Counted from the whole stretch's first letter, positions 39,991 through 51,410 are shown. The stretch: 63,687 nucleotides of DNA, filler included, from an uncultured Rhodopirellula sp. (GCA_964007735.1; 13 parts of 13 records of this genome joined end to end with filler, not necessarily neighbours in it); one strand, 5' to 3'. Numbers and translations are program-made. The notes: a model not told the origin generated them from the letters alone.

Positions 39991-41448
39991 TTGAAGATGC
40001 AGGAAACTGAACGTCCTCAACTGAAACAAACGATTTCCGGGTTGGGCTTCTTTTGCCTCGCGTTGGGGGCGATGATCGGTGTTGGCTGGATTACTTCATT
40101 AGGTGGATGGCTGGAAGATGCGGGACCCGTCGGCGCAATCTGCGCGTTTCTTGCCGGGGGTACGCTAATACTCTGCATCGGATTGTGTTATGCAGAGCTT
40201 ACTCCGATGTTGCCGGTAACGGGCGGAGAGGTTGCGTACGCCTATAAAGCCCTGGGTATCGGCAAGGCATTCCTGACCGGATGGTTATTAGCATTTGGGT
40301 ATATTGCTGTTTGCGGCTTCGAAGCTGTTTCTATTGGCATTGTCAGCAGCTACTTATTTCCTCAGCTGAATACACTGCCTTTATATGAGATCTTGGATCA
40401 AGCCATATACCTTCCACATGTTGTTATTGGTTTGCTAGCAACAATCTTTATCGGTTGGATCAATTATCGTGGTGTCTCCTCCGCTATAAAGCTCCAGGTT
40501 GCACTGACCGCTTCGCTGGCGATATGTTTAATTGGTTTTGTGTTAGGAGGATTCATGAATGGGACCGTGGACAATCTTGAACCTCTTTTTGCGGAGTTGC
40601 CCGGGAAGAGCCCGTGGGTGGGGTTTCTTAGTGTCCTTGTGGGTACACCCTTTTGGTTTGTAGGATTCGATACCATTCCTCAAGCTGCCGAGGAGTCAGG
40701 ATCCTCGGCGATCATGAAACGACTGGGATTATATATTATGGCGGCAATTGTCGCGGCGATTGTTTTTTACGTGGCGATCATTCTGGCATCTTCTCTCGCT
40801 ACGGCCTGGCCTGGTTTGATTGGGGAGGATCTTCCGACTGCTAAAGCAATTGAATCCGCATTTCAGTCTAATACGGCAGCGAGATTCGTCTTATTTGCGG
40901 GATTACTCGGCTTAATGACAAGTTGGAACGGATTTTTTATCGCAGGTACTCGTGTCCTTTTTGCTTTGGGCCGAGGTAGGATTATCGACCCTAAATTCGG
41001 TGAGGTCCATCCGGAATACGGTAGTCCGACAAAGCCGATTGCTTTTGTGACCCTGCTAACAGTACCAGCGGTGTTTCTGGGAAAACCTGCTTTGATTGCA
41101 TTTATTGACGTTGGATCATTCTGTATTAGTTGCGCGTTCTTTGGAGTTTGCGTGTCATTTCTTAGATTGCGTCGTCTCTATCCTGATTTGGAGCGGCCCT
41201 ACAGACTCCCTTACGGAAGGGGCATTGCAACACTGGCGGCTCTCGGTTCGGGCTCGCTCATTCTAGTAATGCTAGTGCCAAATACTGGAGTGGCATTAAC
41301 TTATCCGTTAGAGTGGAGCATTCTCGGTTCGGTTCTGGTGCTCGCCGTCTTGTTCTGGTTAACCGGCTATAAGGTGCGAGCGAACATTTCTAAAACACAG
41401 CGTAGCTTACTGATTCTTGACCATGCTGATGTTGCTGAAGATTGTTGA
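39991..41448 (+). CDS. APC-family amino acid/polyamine permease
   Basis: [29 protein letters not shown], about 12 TM segments, LERPYRLP. Confidence 0.9.
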   Translation: MKMQETERPQLKQTISGLGFFCLALGAMIGVGWITSLGGWLEDAGPVGAICAFLAGGTLILCIGLCYAELTPMLPVTGGEVAYAYKALGIGKAFLTGWLLAFGYIAVCGFEAVSIGIVSSYLFPQLNTLPLYEILDQAIYLPHVVIGLLATIFIGWINYRGVSSAIKLQVALTASLAICLIGFVLGGFMNGTVDNLEPLFAELPGKSPWVGFLSVLVGTPFWFVGFDTIPQAAEESGSSAIMKRLGLYIMAAIVAAIVFYVAIILASSLATAWPGLIGEDLPTAKAIESAFQSNTAARFVLFAGLLGLMTSWNGFFIAGTRVLFALGRGRIIDPKFGEVHPEYGSPTKPIAFVTLLTVPAVFLGKPALIAFIDVGSFCISCAFFGVCVSFLRLRRLYPDLERPYRLPYGRGIATLAALGSGSLILVMLVPNTGVALTYPLEWSILGSVLVLAVLFWLTGYKVRANISKTQRSLLILDHADVAEDC

Positions 41449-41584
41449 TGCATGACATCTTTCTAGCGGCCTCTCGTGGGGCAGAGACTGCTGGCAATTG
41501 AAGGGCAACTAATATACCGATGATAGCAATAACTACCAGTAGTTCCACTCGCGTAAACCCTTGATGACGTGATGGTTCGTGCAT
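41432..41584 (-). pseudogene. Remnant of a DUF1559 prepilin-type N-terminus
   Basis: [43 protein letters not shown] vs consensus [43 protein letters not shown]; homology stops there. Confidence 0.8.
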
Positions 41585-41851
41585 GAGCCGCTCCAATGCG
41601 GAAGTTGAATGATGTGCTCCAGCCAATGACTGGTGGTTATTAGTTAGTTGTATCCTATTTGTGGCCGTTGAAAAGCTGCGAAATAGTGTGCAGCAGGATT
41701 AAGCATTGTTAGAGGGTTTTTTCAATGACTACTTCATCGGCAAACCCGGTGAGGCAAAAGTCACGCCCCTTCCCGCTGGTAATTTAGAAATACAGGAAGA
41801 ATGTGAGACATTGTGAAGTGTTTGAAGCCAGTTTGAATGTGTCTCTTGGTC

Positions 41852-42554
41852 TCAGGGTTTCGTTACCACATTCATAGAGTTGGGTTTTAGTTTTACCGTC
41901 GTCTTCGCCTTACCGGGCCAGGAAACTTCTGCCTCCACGGCTGTGTTATGATCACCGAGCCCGAAGTGCAGAACCTGGCTATTCCCATTTCCCTGACCTG
42001 TGGAAGTCGTGACCTGACGTGTTAACGTTCTGTCCGCTAGCTTAACACGAACGATCGTCCCAATACTGTTTGTACCCCTCTTGTCTGAACCCACAATTTT
42101 AATTTTGAGATAGTTGCTCTTTGGGGAGTTGTTTAGGTACAGACGGCCGCGAGTTGCCAAATCGAGATCGCCATCATTGTCAATGTCAGCCCAAGCTGCC
42201 TGGTAAGTGAGATCTGCCGAAATTCCACTAGTTTTCGTTATGTCCTCAAATTTGAAGTCACCTTTGTTGCGGTACAGTACGCAATGATCGCCGGGATAAA
42301 CGGTGGTGAAGTATAAGTCCAACAAACCATCATTATCAAAATCGCCGAGGGTTGGAGACGCGAAGGACTCCTGCCAGCTAAGGCCGGCGCTGCCCGTTAG
42401 ATCCTCAAAACGAAAGTTGTGGTCTGGGCCTAAGTTCTTTAAGAATTTTGGGCGATCTTGATAAGCTGGCGGGTGACTAAAGTTTCCTACGAAGAGATCC
42501 AGATGTCCATCGTTGTTGAGATCGCCAAAGCTGGACCCGATGGTGTGTCCCCAG
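41852..42554 (-). CDS. CRTAC1-like FG-GAP repeat / ASPIC-UnbV protein, 5' truncated
   Basis: GDLNNDGHLDLF, GDFDNDGLLDLY, WADIDNDGDLDL; C-terminal LHFGLG...VSWPG. Confidence 0.88.
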
Positions 42555-42654
42555 NNNNNNNNNNNNNNNNNNNNNNNNNNNNNNNNNNNNNNNNNNNNTT
42601 AATTAATTAANNNNNNNNNNNNNNNNNNNNNNNNNNNNNNNNNNNNNNNNNNNN
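42555..42654. other. Artificial contig linker
   Basis: N44-TTAATTAATTAA-N44. Confidence 0.99.
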
Positions 42655-43754
42655 TGCCAGGATACACGGTGCCTAAAGTTTTATGGATTAAACAAAATGA
42701 GCCCGATAATTATAAAAAGATTTGTACAATTCTTTTGCCTCATGACTATATTAATTTCTATCTCACTGGCATTAAAAAAATGGAGTATGGAGATGCCTCA
42801 GGAACTGGGTTGTTGAATATTAGAACAAGAGATTGGTGTAAGGATTTAATTGATTTTGTTGATCCCTCAATGATTGATAAGATTCCTGAAATTCAATCAT
42901 CGATGAATGTACATGGTGAGGCTAGACCTGAAATTTTAAAAGAATTTGGTCTTCCTGATGGTGTGATTGTTAGTGCGGGAGGAGGTGATAACATGATGGG
43001 CGCAATCGGAACAGGTAATGTGAAATCCGGCACAATTACGGCGAGTTTTGGAACGTCTGGAACTCTTTATGGAGTGAGTGATGTTCCAGCAATTGATGAA
43101 GGTGGAGAAGTTGCTGCATTTTGTGATAGTACTGATAAATGGTTGCCACTTGTTTGTACTATGAATGTAACCGTAGTAACTGAAAAAATTAGAGAGCTCT
43201 TCTCTCTAAGCCTTGAAGATCTAGAGGATTCTGTTAATCAGGTTCAACCAGGAGCTGATGGGTTATCGTTTCTTCCTTATCTTAATGGTGAAAGAACACC
43301 TAATTTGCCAAATGGAAAGGGAGTTATTCATGGGCTGACATGCGATAATATGGAGCCAGCGAAATTAGCCCGTTCTGCTATGGAAGGAGCAACTATGGGA
43401 CTAGCTTATGGTCTTAATAAGTTTAGTGAAATGGGGATTAATCCATCAGAGATTCGTGCAACAGGAGGAGGAAGCAAGAGTTTAATATGGAGACAAATTG
43501 CAGCTGATGTTTTTAATACACCGGTTGTTCCTCTTGCCACATCTGAAGGTGCAAGCCTTGGGGCTGCTATTCAGGCGATGCACTGTTGCATGAATTCAGG
43601 TGTTAACAATTATGAGGATTTATGTTCCAAATTTGTTAAACTTGATGAATCAAATCGATGTGATCCAATTAAAGAAAATGTTTCCATTTATAAAGAGTTG
43701 CTCGATAAACAAATCAGATTAACTCGTGATTTAAGTGACTCCGGACATTTATAA
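42655..43754 (+). CDS. xylB: Xylulokinase (FGGY kinase), 5' truncated
   Basis: LLPHDYI, GDASGT, GGGDNMMGAIG, SFGTSG, LPYLNGERTP, TGGGSKS. Confidence 0.85.
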
Positions 43755-43757
43755 AAA

Positions 43758-43898
43758 GTGAAAGCAAAGGTTATTGGATACTTAATCGCCTTTGTTATAC
43801 GGGTGATTGCGTTTAGTTTAAGGATTAGTTTTGATGACCGTTGTGGTGTTTCCGATAAAACTAATAGTGAAGGTTCTGTTATTTGGGTTTTCTGGCAC
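43758..43898 (+). CDS. N-terminus of a DUF374 / lysophospholipid acyltransferase-like protein, cut at a junction
   Basis: Amphipathic start, SLRISFDD...VIWVFWH, then homology is lost. Confidence 0.55.
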
Positions 43899-44343
43899 TG
43901 TAAGGATATCGAGTGCAGAAAGCATGGCAGTTATTGTCCAGCGAAGCAGTGACAACGGAGCGTATGGAGATTACAGAGGGTTTACGTCGCGCGAAGCGAG
44001 TACTCAGGTAGTACTCCCGGTGGTAAACAAGAGACTAGCACCCTGGGGTGGCAACGATGGTTGGAGTTCATCAGTTCACGTCCAGCCATTTGATGGCGGC
44101 GAAGCGACCGTATCTTTCTTTTACTTTTCTCCCGAATTAGACGCCAATGGGCTGTACCGCCCTATGGGCAGAATTAGCGGCCATCAAGTATTTCATCAAG
44201 CAGATGACCGGTTTCTGCCGGATGATTGGGTTGGTTCGCTTGTGGTGGTCTCGACCAGACCTATAGTGGCACTAGCCAGCCTAGAGAGTGACGCGTTTAA
44301 AGGAGATCCAGTGATGATGTACAACGGAGTGTCACTTGAGTAG
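43899..44343 (+). CDS. C-terminal part of a beta-rich hypothetical protein (Chloroflexi-like)
   Basis: VVLPVVNKR...GWSSSVHVQ...WVGSLVVVSTRPIVALA...YNGV*; overlaps the rnhA start region. Confidence 0.55.
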
Positions 44344-44854
44344 TTCGAACAATGTATTCAACATGGACCAACTTGATCCCTCTACCAGAGGTGTACTGTC
44401 TTCGATATTGACAAAATATGATGGTGGGCCGAAGACAGGGATATTCACAGACGGTTCGTGTCAGATAAACCCAGGCAAAGGTGGCTGGGGAGTAGTGCAG
44501 GTCAGTCAGGATGAGATCATTTGTGAAAAGGCCGGCTTTGCCGAGCAAACTACGAACAATCGTATGGAACTCGTAGCGATGATTGAAGGCCTCAGGCTAC
44601 TTGACCCGAAAGTGGAGTACGAGATATTCAGCGACAGTCAATTAGTTGTGAACACACTCAACAAATGGGCTCAAAATTGGGCTAAGTTGGGGTGGAAAAG
44701 AAAGACCGGGGAAATTGCTAATATCGAACTGGTCCAAGAGGCATATGCATTATTTCTAGACCGGCCGCTAGCGAAAGTCACGTGGATAAAAGCTCACAAT
44801 GGTGAAAAGTGGAACGAATATGCCGATACGTTGGCTTCTTTGTACCTGCGATAA
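44336..44854 (+). CDS. rnhA: Ribonuclease HI
   Basis: FTDGSC..NPG.GGWG, TTNNRMEL, SDSQLV, WIKAHNG..WNEYAD. Confidence 0.95.
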   Translation: MSSSNNVFNMDQLDPSTRGVLSSILTKYDGGPKTGIFTDGSCQINPGKGGWGVVQVSQDEIICEKAGFAEQTTNNRMELVAMIEGLRLLDPKVEYEIFSDSQLVVNTLNKWAQNWAKLGWKRKTGEIANIELVQEAYALFLDRPLAKVTWIKAHNGEKWNEYADTLASLYLR

Positions 44855-44960
44855 GTAAAAAGCAAGCCATTCCCATAGTCGCTGATGTTTGTGGTTAATT
44901 AACACTGGGGATACTAAACTTCAAACATTACATATCACGGTTCGGTGATGGGGTGCGGAA

Positions 44961-45755
44961 TTGACTGAGACAAGCAAGGCGTCCACGGATAGGCTTTTGG
45001 CGATCGACGCTGGCAATACCAGCGTGGCGATCGGTGTTTTCGATGGAGATGAATTAATTAGTACCTTTCGTGTGGCGTCGAACCGTGACCGATTTACCGA
45101 CGAGTGGACTATCTATGTCGACGGTCTCCTGAGGTCGCGTGGCGTGGACCCCTCTTCGATTACCTGTGCGGCAGTTTCCTCCACTGTTCCAGCATTGCGT
45201 GAGATCTTTGAAAACATTTGTGAAAGCCACTATTCCGTGCCTCTTTTAGTAGTTGATGCGAGCGTCGATCATGGAGTCAATATCCGTTACGAAAACGAGC
45301 ATGAAATAGGTCCTGATCGGATACTTCATGCAGTAGCCGGTTTGGCAAAATATGAACCGCCGTTAGTGATTGTCGACCTAGGCACAGCATGCGTTTTCGA
45401 CGCAATTGACGCGGACGGTTATTACCTTGGCGGAGCTATTTCTCCTGGGATTGGTTTGGCCTCATCCGCGTTGTTTGAGAAGGCTGCACTGCTTCGGAGT
45501 GTGGAACTGAAAGCCCCGGAAAATTCAATTGGCACTAATACGGAACACGCTTTGCAATCCGGGATTTGCCTCGGATACGGAGCCCTCGTTGATGGCATGG
45601 TCAGCAGATTTAAGTCTGAGATGTCGGGGGATGTCACGGTCATCGGAACCGGAGGCTATATCGATCTGGTGCGAGGCACGGTAAGCTGTTTTGACGTATT
45701 CGAAGAGGATCTAAACCTTCGCGGGTTACAGATCCTCAGTAAGCGGGCGAGATAA
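44961..45755 (+). CDS. coaX: Type III pantothenate kinase
   Basis: IDAGNT, SSTVP, IGPDR, VDLGTA, GGAISPG, TGG. Confidence 0.95.
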   Translation: MTETSKASTDRLLAIDAGNTSVAIGVFDGDELISTFRVASNRDRFTDEWTIYVDGLLRSRGVDPSSITCAAVSSTVPALREIFENICESHYSVPLLVVDASVDHGVNIRYENEHEIGPDRILHAVAGLAKYEPPLVIVDLGTACVFDAIDADGYYLGGAISPGIGLASSALFEKAALLRSVELKAPENSIGTNTEHALQSGICLGYGALVDGMVSRFKSEMSGDVTVIGTGGYIDLVRGTVSCFDVFEEDLNLRGLQILSKRAR

Positions 45756-45758
45756 TCA

Positions 45759-47015
45759 ATGACTGAGCAAGAACCGATTGTTGCGATAGAAAATGAAGAT
45801 CCTTTGGAAGGTCTCACAATTGCTCTTGGTGTAACAGGATCTATTTCCTGTTATAAATCTCTGGAAATAGCGAGCAGATTAGTGCAGGCTGGCGCAACGG
45901 TTGATGTGATAATGACGAAGAGCGCGACGCAATTTGTGCAACCTTTGGCGTTCAAGGCGATAACCGCGAGGGTTCCATACGTTGATATGTTCGATCCAGC
46001 TGCGCCTGAGGGAGAATCCCACGTCGAAATTGCGCGCCGCTGTGACGCCATGCTCATTGCTCCAGCGACTGCGTCATCAATGTCGAAAATAGCAAACGGT
46101 CTATCAGATGACTTTGTCTCATTAACAGCGATTGCGACCAAGAGCCCGGTGTTATTGGCACCAGCCATGGACTCAAATATGTGGGATCACTTCGCGACTC
46201 AAGCCAATTTAAGTACTTTGACTGATGCAGGGATACAGATTATTGGCCCGACAGAAGGGCGACTGGCTTCAGGAAGAACTGGTTATGGGAGGCTCGTCGA
46301 GCCGATTGATATCGTTGATGAATTGCGAGCGAGAATTGGACGGGAGCGAGGTGACCTCAGAGGGCGCCGAGTCGTAGTTACAGCAGGTGGCTCAAGAGAA
46401 GCCATCGATCCCGTCAGATTCATTAGTAACAGGTCCAGTGGAAAGATGGGATATGCAATCGCACAGGCAGCCCGGGACAGAGGGGCTCTAGTTACTCTAA
46501 TTAGTACAGTTGATCGAAGAGTCCCAGCATGCGTGCAACTTGTAGAGGTAGAGAGTGCTGCCGATATGCATGAGGCCGTTTTGAACGAAACCCGGACGGC
46601 GGACATTTTAGTCATGGCCGCTGCTGTTGCTGACTACCGCCCAGCTGCGGTTGCAGATCAAAAAATCAAGAAAACAGAAGATGACAAGCGCGACGCAAGC
46701 ATCCCGCTTGAGAAGACCACTGACATCATTGCCTCTGTGTCTCGTGAACAGGCGTCTGGGCGGTTGGTGAAAGTCGCGTTTGCTGCGGAAACGGAGAACC
46801 TCCTTGCGAATGCACGAAAGAAAATCGAGTCGAAGAATATAGATTTTATAGTTGCAAACGACGTATCAGCGACTGACTCGGGTTTTGCAACTGACACGAA
46901 CCGAGTGACTATCATTGACGAACAAGGAACGGAAGAGTCACTCCCGTTGATGTCTAAGGTGCTCGTCGGCCACAAGATTCTGAGCCGATCATTAGGCTTG
47001 CTAGAGAGTCCCTAA
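45759..47015 (+). CDS. coaBC: Bifunctional phosphopantothenoylcysteine decarboxylase/synthetase
   Basis: GVTGSISCYK, APATA, APAMDSNMW, TAGGSREAIDPVRFISNRSSGKMG, AAAVADY, FAAET. Confidence 0.95.
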   Translation: MTEQEPIVAIENEDPLEGLTIALGVTGSISCYKSLEIASRLVQAGATVDVIMTKSATQFVQPLAFKAITARVPYVDMFDPAAPEGESHVEIARRCDAMLIAPATASSMSKIANGLSDDFVSLTAIATKSPVLLAPAMDSNMWDHFATQANLSTLTDAGIQIIGPTEGRLASGRTGYGRLVEPIDIVDELRARIGRERGDLRGRRVVVTAGGSREAIDPVRFISNRSSGKMGYAIAQAARDRGALVTLISTVDRRVPACVQLVEVESAADMHEAVLNETRTADILVMAAAVADYRPAAVADQKIKKTEDDKRDASIPLEKTTDIIASVSREQASGRLVKVAFAAETENLLANARKKIESKNIDFIVANDVSATDSGFATDTNRVTIIDEQGTEESLPLMSKVLVGHKILSRSLGLLESP

Positions 47016-47113
47016 TTTAGGCGCTTTTGGCCTTAAGTCGCTTTTTCCTCATAGCTGTCGGCTCGATATCGAGTGCAGCATTTGGCGACTGAGCCTCATC
47101 CCGGTGCGCGAAA

Positions 47114-47213
47114 NNNNNNNNNNNNNNNNNNNNNNNNNNNNNNNNNNNNNNNNNNNNTTAATTAATTAANNNNNNNNNNNNNNNNNNNNNNNNNNNNNNN
47201 NNNNNNNNNNNNN
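47114..47213. other. Artificial contig linker
   Basis: N44-TTAATTAATTAA-N44. Confidence 0.99.
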
Positions 47214-49388
47214 TGTAGTCGTACCACGACCGGCCTCGATGTTCGCCAAACCCCAGGTTGCGCTACCGGAGACCTTAATAAACGAGTCGGTGCCTGTTGT
47301 TCCAGTCGTAATGACCAGGCCATTAGCATCAGGATCGTACGCAACTGTTACACCTGACACAGTACTACCTGAGGTCGATGCGAGCTGGTTGATACCTTTT
47401 TCCAAAGCTAAAATAAAGCTGTCGAGAGTGTAATTGCCGCTCTGAGGTATCTTTAGCGTGCCCTTAACGTCATCCACGCTCACTACGAAGGTGTCGTTGG
47501 ACGCATCCACCGAGAACGTATTGTTAACGTTCACGGCAATCGATGAACCTCGGGTGATCGCTGGCAAAGACACAACGCCCCTTAACGCCTCGGTAGATTG
47601 CTCTACTGCAAACTTAGAGTCGGTGCCGCCTACTGTGTCGTTCACCTCAAAGCCTAAAAATTCCGCAAAGTAATTTCGAACGGTCACGCCCCCAGGATTG
47701 GTATTGAAATCGATACTGATTTCAGAGCTATCACCCGTGGTACCTGAGGAAAACGAGAACTTTTCTGCCGCACCGTCATATTCAACCTTGATGCCGTAAC
47801 GTTGCTCAGAAGCAATTCTTTGTAACGTCCCATTGGGTGTTACTGTCTGACCATAAAAACCATCAGAGTCGATGATGGCTTCGGTCGTCGTGAGCCCAAA
47901 CAGGGCGTTACTGCCCGCGGCGCCAGCTTTGATTGCTATGACATCACCGCTATTTGCAGGAGTAAATTTAAATTCTCGCTGTGCGTAATCGTAACCGACC
48001 GTGATTTTATTCGCCCCAATTGCCGAAGCGTTAATCTGTGCCTGCATGGCGGCAACCATCGTAGATACTGTCGCTGAAGACTGCTTAGCTGCGCTGTTTA
48101 GGTTGGCATTAGCTGTTAAATCGATGGCCTTGAAGCCTGTAGCTGCTCCGCCGGAAGGCGTATAGTTGATCTGGAACTGTCTTAGGGTGGCACTGCTGGA
48201 GATGTCGAAGTAACGCTCATCTCCAAATTTTACATTGAGCTGATCCTGCATGAACTTGGCAAGCTCTACCCCAGTATACTTTCGGTCCTCCATCCCAGCC
48301 GCTGCCGTCAAATCCAACGTAACTGGATTACCTGTATTATCGACATCTACCCTGGCAAATGTCGCTAAGTTGTTCGTAAACGCTGCAATCCTGTTCGCAG
48401 CATCCGTACCGCCTCCTGCAGCGCTGTCAAATCGACCGCCGTCGCCTGTAGTTTTGGCTAGTGTTACAAAGTTGAACCCTTGGTCCGAAGACATATCCTC
48501 TGGGATCTTGTTTCCTGAAGTGACGGTGGCCGGAACCGAGGTTCTCTGGTCTGTTAGGTCGTCTAAGGCAAATTTTTGTGTCTTTCGGTTAACCAATAAA
48601 TCCTCAACCTCGGAGCGCGGTTTTAAAACGCCGTACTTGTTGACGTAGAGTTCCTCTGCATTGTCGTCTGTCGCCTGCTGCAGAGCTGGGTTTACTTCGT
48701 CATCACCAACGTAGACGTAGGTTTGCCATTTGTTAGTAGGCGAGTTCGCCGTCGCGTTCGAAGTTTTCACATAGTAGATCGTCGCCAGGTATGAGTTACC
48801 CCCGCTGTCATAAACACTTAACGCTGTCGACTTGTTATAGGTGTCAGGATTATTTCGGTTAAATTCCCCGCCGATGATGTTGGCATCAGACGGTAAGTTC
48901 AAACTTAATTCGATAAGTGATGTTTCCAAGGCTTGTCCTGAGGTAGAAACAGGAATCGCCAATCTGCTGAGCTTATCCAAATCCGCCTTACCAGATGAGT
49001 CGACCGCCGCTGCTAATAAAGCCTGGCCCGACGAGTTCACCACGTTAAACTGCTCGTTAAGCACGAAGGATCCGTTCCTGGTATAAATATCAGTTAATCC
49101 ATCCGCAGATTTGAGTGGGAAAAATCCCTCACCAGAGATCGCAAGGTCCAAAGTGTTCGAGGAGAACTCCACGTTTCCCTGGCTAAACTCCTGTCTTACC
49201 TCTTTCAAGGAAACGCCCTGTCCAACAACCGAGGTTGATTTCTGAAGAGGGGAAGTCGCAAATATGTCACCAAAGGACGCGCGTGATTTCTTGAATCCAC
49301 TAGTACCGACGTTCGCAATATTGTTACTAGTCAATGCAAGCTCTGTTGTTGCAGCCTTAAGGCCTGTTAGTGAGGTGTAAAAAGACAT
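47214..49388 (-). CDS. flgE: Flagellar hook protein, greatly extended, 3' truncated
   Basis: MSFYTSLTGL...SNNIANVGTSGFKKSR, FSQG, LDLAISGEGFF, YTRNGSF, VYDSGG; directly follows flgD. Confidence 0.88.
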
Positions 49389-49426
49389 TCTTTATGCTTC
49401 TCCGTGTAACGCGTTAACTTATTGAT

Positions 49427-50107
49427 TTAATCTAAAATCCGTTTAATTTCTGAAAGCGGAACAGATTGTCCGTCCGCGATTTCGATTAATACTTGACCGG
49501 TTTCGTCATTCCACGAAACGCCTCTTACTCTGGCTTCGGAATGCACCGGGACCTGCCTGACGGTTTCTCCCCGCCTCATCTCCGCAAGAAAAATATATTC
49601 CCCTGCAGCAGCTGCCTCTCCCTGAAAATTCCCTCCATTCCAAGTGAATGGGACTTCACCTGCCATCTGAGGACCTAGTTCCATCGAGTTGATCACCTGA
49701 TTATTGGCTGGATCCACAACCTGGAGAGTTACCGAGTCGGCCATTTCTTCAAGTTTCAACATACCTTCTATGGGATCACCGCCGCTCTGATTAACAGTCG
49801 CCCCAGGAACAAAAACATGCTTCCCAATCAGCGAGGCACCCCGCATGACTCTTTCCGTTGACTGACTCGTAACAAACTGTTCCAAAGAATCAGACATTCG
49901 GGTTGTTGCCTCTAAAGAAGAAAACTGCGCTAACTGTGCAACAAAAGCTTCATTCTTCATGGGGTCCAAAGGATTCTGGTTTTGCAGCTGTGTCGTAAAG
50001 AGTCGCAAAAACGCATTCCGATCTAGATCTGCCTGAGGAGCAGGCTGGCGCGATTGCGCCTTAAGATCGGCCATCGTGGTAATTCCCGGAATATTCAATG
50101 TGCTCAT
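49427..50107 (-). CDS. flgD: Flagellar hook capping protein
   Basis: FLRLFTTQLQNQNPLDPMKNEAFVAQLAQFSSLE; FTWNG. Confidence 0.95.
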   Translation of the reverse strand: MSTLNIPGITTMADLKAQSRQPAPQADLDRNAFLRLFTTQLQNQNPLDPMKNEAFVAQLAQFSSLEATTRMSDSLEQFVTSQSTERVMRGASLIGKHVFVPGATVNQSGGDPIEGMLKLEEMADSVTLQVVDPANNQVINSMELGPQMAGEVPFTWNGGNFQGEAAAAGEYIFLAEMRRGETVRQVPVHSEARVRGVSWNDETGQVLIEIADGQSVPLSEIKRILD

Positions 50108-50117
50108 CTACTATTCC

Positions 50118-50543
50118 TTATTTCTTAAGCAGTTCAACGGTTCGCAGCATCAATTGCTTCGCCGTGTTGAGCGCTTCGACATTCGTCTCAAAGGAGCGTG
50201 CTGCCGCTGTCATCTCAACCAACTCATTCATTGCGTTGACGTTAGAGAGATAGACATATCCCTCCTCATTCGCATCAGGATGGTTTGGGTCAAATGACAC
50301 AGTGTGGGAGGTGGTGTCTTCGATTACTTGCTGGACTCTCACGCCGCCTGAAACTTCGCCTCGTCTTTTGTCCACTTCATCTTCGAGAATCGTGCGGAAT
50401 ACAGCCCTTTTGGCTTTATAGGCATCGTCTTCATTTCCTGCCATAACTTCTGCGTTAGCAATGTTCGAAACCGCAAGGTTCATTCGAACTGTATTTGCTT
50501 CGAGAGCCGCTCCGGCTACTGACATGATGTCGTCTAATTTCAC
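50118..50543 (-). CDS. flgC: Flagellar basal-body rod protein
   Basis: RMN..SNIANA; FDPNHPDANEEGYV..SNVN..ELVEM..AARSFETNV. Confidence 0.95.
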   Translation of the reverse strand: MKLDDIMSVAGAALEANTVRMNLAVSNIANAEVMAGNEDDAYKAKRAVFRTILEDEVDKRRGEVSGGVRVQQVIEDTTSHTVSFDPNHPDANEEGYVYLSNVNAMNELVEMTAAARSFETNVEALNTAKQLMLRTVELLKK

Positions 50544-50584
50544 TTAAAATCTCTTATTAATAACTGTTGATCGTTTCAAGGCTT

Positions 50585-51154
50585 TTATCGGAGAAGATCC
50601 AGTACCAACTGGGTCATCTGGTTTGCCTGGGACAGCATCTGAGTGCCGGCCTGCTGAATGACCTGTGCCTTAGCCAACCGGGAAGACTCAAGTGCATAAT
50701 CAGCGTCCTGCAGTCGTGATCTCGAATCCGCGGTCCGTTCTCCAATGTTCATGAGGTTAGTAATCGTATAGTCGAGCCGGTTCTCAATCGCACCAAGATT
50801 GGCTCTCATTTGAGCGACTTTGTCCAAAGCCGCATCAATAATCGAAATCGAGTCACCAGCTTGAAGCATCGTGCTAATGTTCACCTGAGTAAGGTTCTTT
50901 AGAGTTGCCGTGGTAGAACCGGCTGTTGTCCCGGTATATCCCGTCGTGCTCTTTCCGTCGATTGAAAATGCATTTGGGGATGTCATCTTGATGGTGCCAG
51001 TCACACGAGTAGAGTCATTACCGCCGGATAGGGCCAGGCTAATAAGGTTACCGACTACGTTTGCCACTTCCCCAGTCTCATCAACTTTCTGAACTCTCAA
51101 ATTTGTATGGCCGGCAAGGGTTTGACCGTTTTCGACTGTGATGTCGTCACCATC
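50585..51154 (-). CDS. fliC: Flagellin, C-terminal part (N-terminus replaced at a junction)
   Basis: IDAALDKVAQMRANLGAIENRL, SRLQDADYALES..LAKAQVIQQAG..MLSQAN..VLDLLR. Confidence 0.85.
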   Translation of the reverse strand, partial: DGDDITVENGQTLAGHTNLRVQKVDETGEVANVVGNLISLALSGGNDSTRVTGTIKMTSPNAFSIDGKSTTGYTGTTAGSTTATLKNLTQVNISTMLQAGDSISIIDAALDKVAQMRANLGAIENRLDYTITNLMNIGERTADSRSRLQDADYALESSRLAKAQVIQQAGTQMLSQANQMTQLVLDLLR

Positions 51155-51410
51155 GCTGACAGTGCGCTGGATTTCTGAATTACTTCCAGCCTGATTGTTG
51201 ACGAAGAAGAACTGGCCTTGGACAAGTGAACTCAAGCTCACGTTGCTTCCGACGTCATCGGGGATGTTGAACTGACCGAATGCATTGGCGAAGTAGGAAC
51301 TGCCATTGACTGAGATTTCCGCATAGGGCATGCCCAACTGTGCTTCTGGATCACATTCCTCTGCACTCCAGCCATCGCCTGCATAGGCTTCGATCGTGCC
51401 GCTGACCGCG
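51155..51410 (-). CDS. Internal fragment of an unrelated extracellular beta-rich protein, in frame with the fliC tail
   Basis: VSGTIEAYAGDG...CDPE..GMPYAEISV...ANAFGQFNI...GQFFFVNNQAG; no flagellin motifs. Confidence 0.4.

Noticed and set aside
41738..41770. c-di-GMP-I riboswitch-like GGCAAACCCGGTGA...GCAAAAGTCACG
   Set aside because: The GNRA loop, the 3' strand of P2 and P3 are missing; the stretch also reads as a plausible coding remnant (DYFIGKPGEAKVTP).
43905..47078. 14-bp direct repeat GATATCGAGTGCAG at 43905 and 47065 bracketing rnhA-coaX-coaBC
   Set aside because: Several 14-mer matches are expected by chance in 64 kb; the cargo is housekeeping and no recombinase is present.
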